DNA of 64,000 nucleotides from IMG/VR virus record IMGVR_UViG_3300031965_000935, positions 4,792 to 68,791 of that record; one strand, given 5' to 3'. Each line of letters starts with the position of its first letter. Positions within the stretch are counted from its first letter, which is position 1. A program made the position numbers and the translations under genes. This document shows positions 8,120-16,066 of this stretch, one piece after another. A model generated the notes under the pieces. The model ran no database searches, was not told the origin of the DNA, and was given only the letters and a program-made list of their open reading frames with translations. Source of the stretch: a virus. Lineage: Duplodnaviria; Caudoviricetes.

Positions 8120-8896
8120 ATGATTACCAAAACAAGACAATTTACCAATGAGGTCTTAGGCGAACTTGGCCGCCTGGAAATAACCCCTTTGGAAGCAGGC
8201 CGTTTCTTGGGCTGCCTGCCTGGGCAATTAGAGCGGAAACTTTATCTTGAGGTAAATGAAGGTTTAGAGGCCCTGGGCGGCCGATGGGATCGAAAGAAAA
8301 AGGGCCATGTCTTTGACCATGACCCAAGGTCAGAAATCGGGCAACTCTACCAAGAGGGTCAATTACAGATAGATGATTACAGCTTTTACCCAACCCCGGA
8401 GGGGGTCATTGCCCGTATGCTGGAAATCAGTCAAACCAATTTGACTGATATGGCCCTGAATCGCCAGACTATCTTGGAGCCATCGGCCGGCGAGGGAGCC
8501 ATTGTGGATTACTTGATAAAAGTCGGGGCGAAAATTCACATGATAAACTGCATCGAGCTCCATCCGGGGCGGAAAAAGATATTAGATGAAAAAGGGTATT
8601 GCATCTCTAACCCGGGTGATTTTTTCTGTCATAGGCCAGTACCCGTATTTTATCGGGTCTTTATGAATCCCCCTTTTGAAAAAGGTCAGGACATTGATCA
8701 CGTCTTGCATGCCTATCAATTTCTGAGGTCAGGCGGCGTCCTGGTTGCAGTAATGTCCGCTGGGGTGACTTTCAGGAAAGAACAAAAATACACCAGCTTC
8801 CGCAACTGGTTGAAGGGTAAAGGCAAACTTGAAGCACTGCCCCCCGAAACATTCAAGGGTATTTCAGCGGTCTTGTGTTGTATTAGAAGAAAATAG
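8120..8896 (+). CDS. N6-adenine-type DNA methyltransferase
   Basis: FYPTP, LEPSAGEGAI (motif I), MNPPF (motif IV). Confidence 0.85.
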   Translation: MITKTRQFTNEVLGELGRLEITPLEAGRFLGCLPGQLERKLYLEVNEGLEALGGRWDRKKKGHVFDHDPRSEIGQLYQEGQLQIDDYSFYPTPEGVIARMLEISQTNLTDMALNRQTILEPSAGEGAIVDYLIKVGAKIHMINCIELHPGRKKILDEKGYCISNPGDFFCHRPVPVFYRVFMNPPFEKGQDIDHVLHAYQFLRSGGVLVAVMSAGVTFRKEQKYTSFRNWLKGKGKLEALPPETFKGISAVLCCIRRK

Positions 8897-8905
8897 GAGA
8901 TAACC

Positions 8906-9838
8906 ATGGCAGCAGATAGAATTGATGCCTTGTTAGCGGCTGATGACCTGGCCGGGCTTTACCAGGTTGAGGCCGGGGCAGTTCCGCTTTTGAGCGCGGC
9001 TGACGAAAAGCGGCTGTTCACTGAGCGGGACCGCCTGCGGGCCAAACTCAAGATGGCTAACGGGGAAGGGCGGGCCATTAACCGCCGGATTCAGGAAATC
9101 GAGGCCCAGATTATCGAGGCTAACGTCCGATTAGTAATGGGCATAGCCGGCCGGACTAAAAGCCGCCTATGCCATATTCAGGGCCTGACTATAAATGATG
9201 TGCGCCAGGAGGGCAACTTAGGGCTAATCAAGGCAGTCGAGAAATTTAAGATTAAAATGGATTGCAGATTTTCGACCTATGCCATCTGGTGGATACGGCA
9301 GGCGATTAGTAGAGCTTTCCCCCTCTACGCCACCACGATCCGCATACCTGTTCAATGGTATGCGTTCATGGGGAAGGTCAACGCTCTCTACAGTGCCCGG
9401 CTTTCGGCTGGCTTGCCGACCGACCCGGCGGCCATGGCTCTTGAGATGGGAGAAGAGAAAGAGCTCATAGAACAGGCCATAAAGGACATTGCCCTGCTTG
9501 AGCCTCGCAGCCTGGACAGCCCAATAGGGGATGGGGAATCCGAGCCCGACCTGACCTATGCTGATTTTATCCCCGGTGTGGGAGAAGAAGAGATGGCCGC
9601 CCATGTGGTGGACATTGAGCGTAAGGAACGCCTGGAAATGGTCTTAGATACCTTGAGCGCCCGCGAGGGGCAAATCATACGTTTGCGCTTTGGCCTGATT
9701 GACGGCCATTGCCAGACGCTAGAAGAGGTCGCGCAAAAATTCAATCTGACCCGCGAGCGGATTCGCCAAATCGAGGCGCAGGGCCTGCGCCGGCTGCGCC
9801 ATCCTCGGCGTGTGCGGGCATTGAGGGATTTACTATGA
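8906..9838 (+). CDS. RpoD/RpoS-like sigma70 factor
   Basis: [61 protein letters not shown]. Confidence 0.95.
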   Translation: MAADRIDALLAADDLAGLYQVEAGAVPLLSAADEKRLFTERDRLRAKLKMANGEGRAINRRIQEIEAQIIEANVRLVMGIAGRTKSRLCHIQGLTINDVRQEGNLGLIKAVEKFKIKMDCRFSTYAIWWIRQAISRAFPLYATTIRIPVQWYAFMGKVNALYSARLSAGLPTDPAAMALEMGEEKELIEQAIKDIALLEPRSLDSPIGDGESEPDLTYADFIPGVGEEEMAAHVVDIERKERLEMVLDTLSAREGQIIRLRFGLIDGHCQTLEEVAQKFNLTRERIRQIEAQGLRRLRHPRRVRALRDLL

Positions 9839-9896
9839 TTATCTCTCATTTTTGTAATAGGGGTTTAGGGTTATCTCAGTTTAGGGAATTTCCGAC

Positions 9897-10382
9897 ATGA
9901 TAGAGGGTTATCATTGGTTCTCAGTTAAAGATGGCGATGCCAGCGCCTTTGCCCTGATGAGCCGCCATTATAGTTTTCAGGCTTACCAGGACGGCCGGCG
10001 ACAAAGGCCGTCAAACAGAAACCGCTTTTTATTTGTTGGGCCAGGCGAAAAAATGGTGCTCATGACCGCCGACTGTTTAGCCCTTTTTGTCTGGCGAAAA
10101 TTTATAGACAATTCTGGACAATCAGGTGTCAATTGTGCGGTTTTTCGCAATGAGGGGTCAACGTTGAGCAGCTTGTTAATCTTGGAAGCGGAGGGGCTCG
10201 CCTGGGCAAAATGGCCTGGCGAGCGGCTGTATACCTATATTAACGCCAGTAAGGTAAAAACCGGCAAACCATTTATGGGCAAACCGTGCCCGGGCAAGTG
10301 CTTTCTCAAGGCAGGCTGGCGGCAAATCGGGATAACAAAAGTCAATAAGTTGCTTATTTTTGAGAAATTGCCAACTGGTTGA
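9897..10382 (+). CDS. Mom-like (GNAT-fold) DNA modification protein
   Basis: RHYS, GPGEK.VL, NCAVFRNE, SS.LI..A, RL.TYI, PG.CF..AGW; recalled resemblance to Mom-related phage proteins. Confidence 0.6.
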   Translation: MIEGYHWFSVKDGDASAFALMSRHYSFQAYQDGRRQRPSNRNRFLFVGPGEKMVLMTADCLALFVWRKFIDNSGQSGVNCAVFRNEGSTLSSLLILEAEGLAWAKWPGERLYTYINASKVKTGKPFMGKPCPGKCFLKAGWRQIGITKVNKLLIFEKLPTG

Positions 10383-10548
10383 TTTTGTCAACCCCTCTGA
10401 GCCTGGCCCAGTGCCTTACTCAGAGGGGCTGACAGAGATGTCATCCACAACCAAATAGGGCGCGGGCGGCTCAGCTTTGAGAGGCTTTTACCAGGACCCC
10501 CGCGCCCCTCATTTATTACCTGGTAATACTTCGGCAACTCAGTAGGAC

Positions 10549-10577
10549 TTGTAATCTCCCTCACCTCATGCTATTAT
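10549..10577 (+). promoter_or_regulatory. late promoter for the terminase operon
   Basis: TTGTAA-17-TATTAT with ATGC before the -10. Confidence 0.65.
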
Positions 10578-10584
10578 AAATCTA

Positions 10585-10697
10585 AATAGGCTGCTAGATA
10601 CTCTTCCATTGGCTGACACCATGGTCTGAGTATCGGGCAGCCTATTCTATATAGCCCGGCGTGGGGCGACCCGCAGCCTATCGTCCCTGCGCCGGGC
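10585..10697 (+). ncRNA. structured leader with two hairpins and alternative pairing
   Basis: aataggctgc(10585-94)/gcagcctatt(10637-46); gatactc/gagtatc; gcccggcg(10654-61)/cgccgggc(10690-97); second gcagcctat (10673-81) spanning the loop of hairpin 2. Confidence 0.5.
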
Positions 10698-10805
10698 AAC
10701 GCCTAAAACAGTTTTTCAGTTCTCAGGCCATAGTTTTCAGTTTTAGCTTCGACAAGCTCAGCTTCGACTGAGAACTGATAAACTGAGAACTGAGAAACTT
10801 TTTTT

Positions 10806-11468
10806 ATGCCTCAACTCTGGGAGCGTCAAGCCTGGGAAACCCCGGCCATGTTTCGGGCTTTTCATGAATACTATCTACCCCAAAGGCCGCCCCGGTCGGT
10901 AGATGAGGCTTATCGGACCTGGTGGCAAAAGCCAGAGCGTAGTTACGAACAAGCCAGAAAAAAAGTGGCGACCGGAGCCTGGCGGGCCTGGTCGCGCGGA
11001 CAAAAATCTAATGGCGTCCCGATTCCCGATTCCATCCCCTGGACAAAGCGCGCTCAGGCTTTTGACGATCATCTGGCGGCCCTAGACCGCCAGAAATGGG
11101 AAGATCGGCGGCTAGAGGTGCGGGAAACCGACTGGCGGCAAGCTGGCCGGTTGCGCCAGATAGCCGATGAAATCCTGGCCGAGGCTCCCAAGTTTACTCG
11201 CTCGAAACGTCAATATATCCCCGGAAAAAATGGCGAACCAGACCGGGAAATTATCACTGTGGCCCTGAATGGGGCGCTGGCCGTAAAAGCGGTTGAAACG
11301 GCCTCAAAATTGAGCCGTCTGGCGGCTGAGCTAGAGACCGAGCGGAAGCAAATAGAAATTGTGCGCCAAGAGCTAAATGGCCTGCTAGACATTCTACAAG
11401 CCCAACTTGACCCCGAAACCTATCAGCGCGTCCTTGAAGCGATTGCCGCTGAAGATGAAATTCGATAG
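10806..11468 (+). CDS. terminase small subunit (putative)
   Basis: WERQ..ET...FRAF..Y, RS...AY, W..RA.A.D; directly upstream of the large subunit. Confidence 0.65.
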   Translation: MPQLWERQAWETPAMFRAFHEYYLPQRPPRSVDEAYRTWWQKPERSYEQARKKVATGAWRAWSRGQKSNGVPIPDSIPWTKRAQAFDDHLAALDRQKWEDRRLEVRETDWRQAGRLRQIADEILAEAPKFTRSKRQYIPGKNGEPDREIITVALNGALAVKAVETASKLSRLAAELETERKQIEIVRQELNGLLDILQAQLDPETYQRVLEAIAAEDEIR

Positions 11469-11476
11469 GCTCATCA

Positions 11477-13189
11477 ATGATCTTAGCTGACCTTGCCCGC
11501 GAGCGCATCGAGAAACGGGCCGCCCCCGCTAAACCTATTGACCTCTTAGAATGGATGTTGACCCGGCGGCGCTACCTAGCCGCTGGGAAACTCTTTGACC
11601 TGGCCTCACATCCCTACCTTGAGGAAATCTACAAACTGAATCCGACCGAGGCGGTCTACTGTAAAGCCGGTCAGGTTGGCATTAGCGAGTATCTTTTATC
11701 CTGGCTCATCTGGTCAGCCGACCAGAGGCAGGCCACCGGGTTATATGTCATGCCCACGGATGGCATAGTTAGCGACTTCAGCGCCGCCCGCCTGGGATCC
11801 GCTATCGAGCCAGAGGTATCGCCCTACCTGGCCGGGCTGGTAGGGTCAGCCAGTCGCCAAGCTCATGGTTCAGTCGGGAAGGGTCGGCGGGGGGCCGACC
11901 GAGTTGGGCTGAAGCGATTCCGCGACCGCTTTATCTACCTGCGCGGCGGTCAGGTACGGCCCGATGGCCGCGCGCCTCAGTTGCGCTCTATAGATGCTGA
12001 TGTCCTAGTCATTGATGAATACGATGAAATGGACACCCGCGTCCCCTCTCTGGCCCGCGAGCGATTGGGCCACAGTGCCCTGGCCGAGATTCGCAAGGCT
12101 AGCACCCCGACCTATGCCAATACCGGCATCCATGCCGAATATCAGACAACTGATCAACGATCCTGGCAGGTCAAATGCGATCACTGCGGCGACTGGCAGG
12201 CCCTGGGATTATCAAGCCTGATTATTGAATCGGATGACTTAGAGCGCCCAGTTGCCTGGCATGAGGATGACCAGGGGCCATACCTGGTCTGCCTGAAGTG
12301 TGGCGGCAAGTTAGACCGCCTGGCTAAAGGCGAGTGGGTGGCCGCCTATCCTGGCCGGCCGGTTTGGGGCTATCATCTGAGCCGCCTGTTTTCCCACGTG
12401 CGCCCGCTTTCCGAGATCATTACCGGGCTACAAAAAGTGGATGATGACGACCGCCAGCAAACCTATAACCAGGGCCTGGGGTTATCGTATTCAAGCCCCA
12501 CGGCCATAAAACTAACGCCTGACCTGCTCAAATTATGTCAGAGGGAATACGGACCAGGAATCGTCCCAATCGAGCTGAAACCGCAAAAAATCGCTATGGG
12601 CGTTGATGTTGGCACGGTTTTGCATGTGATTATTCGGACTAAAATGCCGAATGGGGATAGCCGCCTGGTCACGGCGGAGCAGGTCAATGACTTTGCCGAC
12701 CTGTTATCCCTGGTCAAGCAATACGGTGTCGGTCAGGTGGTCATAGATGCCTTACCCGAAACCCGCCAGGCCAGGGACTTTATCAATACTTTGCCTAAAG
12801 GAGTCGGCGGCTGGCTGGCCTATTACGATACCCAGGTCAGAGGCAAGAAAACAGTAGACTGGGCCAGCTTCAATGAGGACGAGTCGACCGTGACCATAGA
12901 CCGGACCCGCAGCCTCGACCATTTGATGGCCGCCTTTACCCTGGCTGCCAGAGGCGAACCGGGCCACACTCTGACCGCTAATGCTCAGAATACCCCGGAC
13001 TATTTCAAGCACCTGACCTCGACCGAGCGGCGGCTCCGGCGCGCGGCGGACGGAAACCAGGTGGCGGTCTATGTTGAGACCGGGGCTGACCACTATCTAC
13101 ATGCCGAAAATTATTGTTTAGTGGCTATGCAGGCCGGCCCAAAGTGGCGGACTATCAAGTTTTTGAATCCGGCAGCAAAGCCGGGCTAG
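11477..13189 (+). CDS. terL: terminase large subunit, lambda GpA-like
   Basis: KAGQVGISE, YVMPT, VIDEYDEM, STPT, C.HC..C.KC, MGVDVG, DHYLHAENY. Confidence 0.92.
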   Translation: MILADLARERIEKRAAPAKPIDLLEWMLTRRRYLAAGKLFDLASHPYLEEIYKLNPTEAVYCKAGQVGISEYLLSWLIWSADQRQATGLYVMPTDGIVSDFSAARLGSAIEPEVSPYLAGLVGSASRQAHGSVGKGRRGADRVGLKRFRDRFIYLRGGQVRPDGRAPQLRSIDADVLVIDEYDEMDTRVPSLARERLGHSALAEIRKASTPTYANTGIHAEYQTTDQRSWQVKCDHCGDWQALGLSSLIIESDDLERPVAWHEDDQGPYLVCLKCGGKLDRLAKGEWVAAYPGRPVWGYHLSRLFSHVRPLSEIITGLQKVDDDDRQQTYNQGLGLSYSSPTAIKLTPDLLKLCQREYGPGIVPIELKPQKIAMGVDVGTVLHVIIRTKMPNGDSRLVTAEQVNDFADLLSLVKQYGVGQVVIDALPETRQARDFINTLPKGVGGWLAYYDTQVRGKKTVDWASFNEDESTVTIDRTRSLDHLMAAFTLAARGEPGHTLTANAQNTPDYFKHLTSTERRLRRAADGNQVAVYVETGADHYLHAENYCLVAMQAGPKWRTIKFLNPAAKPG

Positions 13190-13227
13190 ATTTTGTTCTT
13201 TATTTGAGCTTGTCGAAATTTGCAGAA

Positions 13228-13265
13228 AATAAAGAGCCCCCTGACCAGTCAGGGGGCTCTTTATT
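13228..13265. terminator. bidirectional terminator
   Basis: Perfect 17-bp stem aataaagagccccctga/tcagggggctctttatt between convergent genes. Confidence 0.85.
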
Positions 13266-13344
13266 TGGCTATCGCCTCAAAAAAGTATCAAATTCGTTTG
13301 TCGCAATTTCCGTAAAACGTTTTTTGCCACTGATTATAGAACAG

Positions 13345-13632
13345 TCACTTCTCTGTAATAAGAATTTTTAACATTTCCCTTATCTTCTTAGAGCTACAGC
13401 CCCTACCCCAGGGGTAGGCGGGATTGATGTCTATGTAATCCGTTCTGGTGGGGTTACGGGCGTATTTTTGCCAGTAGAAATGGTATTTTTCGCCCTCGAA
13501 GACAAAATACCCGGAACGAAAATAAGGCGGGTTGCCACCTAGCTGGACTTGATATTTTTTGGGAAAAGAAAAGAGTAACAGTCTAAGCAGTTGCTCTTTT
13601 TCTTTCAAAATTCGTGGTTTACGTTTTTTCAT
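13345..13632 (-). CDS. hypothetical protein (leftward cassette 1)
   Basis: ATG at 13632 overlaps the upstream TGA. Confidence 0.6.
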   Translation of the reverse strand: MKKRKPRILKEKEQLLRLLLFSFPKKYQVQLGGNPPYFRSGYFVFEGEKYHFYWQKYARNPTRTDYIDINPAYPWGRGCSSKKIREMLKILITEK

Positions 13633-13841
13633 CGGAGGCCAAAAATTAGCTTTAGAATATCTCCTACATGCCATTGGGTCAGGGCGGTTTTGATTACGCC
13701 CTTAAGTTGAGAGGATAAAACAGGCTCTACTATGACGTAGTGACCTGATTTTCTTTCTATTTTTTTCTCTGACACGAGGTCATCAACCTCGGTCTGAGCA
13801 AATTCTAATTCTAAGCAGACTTTTACTTTTATCTGTTTCAT
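13629..13841 (-). CDS. hypothetical protein (leftward cassette 1)
   Basis: First ORF after the consensus promoter. Confidence 0.6.
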   Translation of the reverse strand: MKQIKVKVCLELEFAQTEVDDLVSEKKIERKSGHYVIVEPVLSSQLKGVIKTALTQWHVGDILKLIFGLR

Positions 13842-13861
13842 TTTCTGCCGTTCCTGATTTC

Positions 13862-13946
13862 AATTTACTATCAAGAACATTATACTACGAATAGTAATAT
13901 CTGTCAAGAGTTTTTAAGGAAATTCATAGGCGAGTTTTCCGCCAAG
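13862..13946 (-). promoter_or_regulatory. about 85-bp promoter block, repeated at 47891-47974
   Basis: TTGACA(13907-13902)-17-TATAAT(13884-13879); near-identical second copy. Confidence 0.85.
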
Positions 13947-13999
13947 ATATTACCTGGTAATACTTCGACCGGCTCAGTACCTCGGCAGACTCAATATGG

Positions 14000-14061
14000 T
14001 TGACCGCAAGGCGGCCAGATGCTATACTATTATCAACAGGCTGCCCGGCGGCCTGTTTTTT
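14000..14061 (+). promoter_or_regulatory. late promoter with promoter-proximal GGCTGC hairpin and U-tract
   Basis: TTGACC-17-TATACT preceded by ATGC; then aacaggctgc-ccg-gcggcctgtt-tttt. Confidence 0.7.
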
Positions 14062-14086
14062 GTTTTACCTTAAAAGGAGCACTATC

Positions 14087-14284
14087 ATGGGAAAATCAAG
14101 ATTGAAGTCAAAGACTTATTATTTTGCCGGCCTATTGTTGGCCGTAGGCACCGCGATTCTAGCCGTACCTGAACTTCAGGCATTTTTGAGCACCCTGCCG
14201 CCGGCCGTTTATGGATATGTCTCTCTGACCCTGGGCATCATTGCCGCCATTTTGCGTGAATTGACCAAAGAGCCGCTAAGTTAA
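14087..14284 (+). CDS. holin-like two-TM protein
   Basis: AAGGAG before ATG; MGKSRLKSKTYYFAGLLLAVG...; two hydrophobic helices. Confidence 0.6.
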   Translation: MGKSRLKSKTYYFAGLLLAVGTAILAVPELQAFLSTLPPAVYGYVSLTLGIIAAILRELTKEPLS

Positions 14285-14405
14285 TTTAGTCATTTGTCAC
14301 TGGTCATTAGTCTTATGTCCCTCTTGTAACCTGTCCCTCGAAGCATGAACGGTTACACCAGTCATTTGCAAATGACGAAGGACAAATGACCAATGACTAA
14401 GACAA

Positions 14406-15095
14406 ATGAGTGACATAATCCAGGTTCTTTTGGTAGGGGGCGAACTTTTGCAGGCGCGTCAGGTAAAACATTTTCTTGAGGCTAATGACTTTTTCGTCAT
14501 GCGCCATGCCATCACCTTGACCGATGCGCTAAACCAGGTACAGCAGATGCAGCCAGAGGTCATTTTGCTGGATACCAGTTTACCAGAAGATCAAACCGCT
14601 TTCATTACTTTCATGGAACATGCTCTAAATATCCCCATCGTTGCCTTAGTCAGAGTAGACGAAACCAATCTAATTATCCGGACAATTCAGAGCGGCATCT
14701 ATAATTGGATTCTCAAATCCAATCTCTCCGCCCGTGGTATCAAGACTGAAATCCAGGCGGCTATGCAGCGCAAAGCGCGCCAGATTCGCAGCGCCAAACT
14801 CTCAGACGAGCAGCGGCGCATCAACCAGGACCTGAGCCAGATGACCCGCGCCGCCTGGACAAAAATACAGGCTCAGCTAGGAAACCTGATTGAGCCTATC
14901 GAGGCATTGAACGCGCCTCAGAAAGATAAGGACCGCTTGACCCGTGAAATTACCCTGGTTATGGAACTTGCGGCTGGCCTATTGCGCCAGATGGCTGAGG
15001 AATTGAACCCAACTGAGACACCGGTTGAGCGCCAAAAAGCGGTAAAAAATCTCATGCGCGCCTTCGCCGGGGAGAGTTTATCTAATGACGCCTGA
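14406..15095 (+). CDS. receiver (REC) domain protein with C-terminal coiled coil
   Basis: VLLV..E, PEVILLDTSLP, IPIVAL, G..NWILK. Confidence 0.75.
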   Translation: MSDIIQVLLVGGELLQARQVKHFLEANDFFVMRHAITLTDALNQVQQMQPEVILLDTSLPEDQTAFITFMEHALNIPIVALVRVDETNLIIRTIQSGIYNWILKSNLSARGIKTEIQAAMQRKARQIRSAKLSDEQRRINQDLSQMTRAAWTKIQAQLGNLIEPIEALNAPQKDKDRLTREITLVMELAAGLLRQMAEELNPTETPVERQKAVKNLMRAFAGESLSNDA

Positions 15096-15531
15096 GTTAT
15101 GGGGAATTGTCATAGCGGCAATAGTAGGACTCATTGGGGCTGTCACTTTGGCCCTGAAGTCCTGGCTTCCGAAATACCTGGAGGCGTGGAGACAAAAACA
15201 AATTGAAAGTTACCGGGCTGAAATAGAAGCTGAAGCCTACGAACGAAACCGTACCGCCTTTCGTGAGGACAAGTTTTTTGACGGCATGGAAAATACGCTG
15301 GAGTGGCTAAAACAGGAACGTGAGAACGATCGTGAGGAATCGCGCCAGGAGCGCGAACTTCAGCACAACCTCATTGCCACGGTTGACAAACTCGCAAACC
15401 ACATCGGCCGCCTGACCGACATCCAGCGTATTTTAGCCCAGAACGCGGCCAAAATTGATGACCGCCTGGCGCATCTGGAAGCTGTCATCCAGCAGGCAAA
15501 CAGAGGTTGGTTAGGCGGTTCTAATGACTAA
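15085..15531 (+). CDS. N-terminal TM plus coiled-coil protein
   Basis: LWGIVIAAIVGLIGAVTLAL followed by a charged helix. Confidence 0.65.
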   Translation: MTPELWGIVIAAIVGLIGAVTLALKSWLPKYLEAWRQKQIESYRAEIEAEAYERNRTAFREDKFFDGMENTLEWLKQERENDREESRQERELQHNLIATVDKLANHIGRLTDIQRILAQNAAKIDDRLAHLEAVIQQANRGWLGGSND

Positions 15532-16066
15532 ATTTATCAAGGCATGGCATGGGGTAATCATAACCATAGTTGTCATAATGGTTATTTTTCTGGCAAGTGC
15601 TTTCTTGCCCCCCAATACCCTAACGCTGGCCCTGGCTTTTATCCCGATAGTCTATACCGCCTACCATGGCGGCTTATACCCGGGTCTGGCCGCCGCGACC
15701 GCTATTGCTATAGCCGCCTTTTTTGCACCTGGGCTACCTCTTCTCCGGGGTCTCCAGATTATCATTACCGCTTTCGCCATTGCCATTCCAATGGGAATTT
15801 TACAGGAGCAAACTAAACTCGTAAACAATGGCTACCTGGGCAAGATTACCGAAATACGGCTGCTGACCCGATTCTTATTAGACCACCGGCTAACCATGAA
15901 TGACGGCTTAATCTACCGCTTTCTAACCGAAATCATTGACCGGGCTGGCAACCTTGAAGCCCAGATTGCCCTTTGGAAAGATTTGAGAGAAGAAATCGAG
16001 GCCACCCAAAAACACCTCATGGATAGCCAGCTCATTAAGGCAGCAGAGGAAAATAACCATGGCTGA
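15524..16066 (+). CDS. multi-pass membrane protein, DUF4118-like
   Basis: Four hydrophobic segments; IPIVYTAYHGGLYPGL.AA resembles sensor-kinase membrane domains. Confidence 0.55.
   Translation: MTKFIKAWHGVIITIVVIMVIFLASAFLPPNTLTLALAFIPIVYTAYHGGLYPGLAAATAIAIAAFFAPGLPLLRGLQIIITAFAIAIPMGILQEQTKLVNNGYLGKITEIRLLTRFLLDHRLTMNDGLIYRFLTEIIDRAGNLEAQIALWKDLREEIEATQKHLMDSQLIKAAEENNHG

Noticed and set aside
14087-16066. Complete lysis cassette
   Set aside because: Only holin-like membrane genes are present; no endolysin catalytic motif was recognised in the window.
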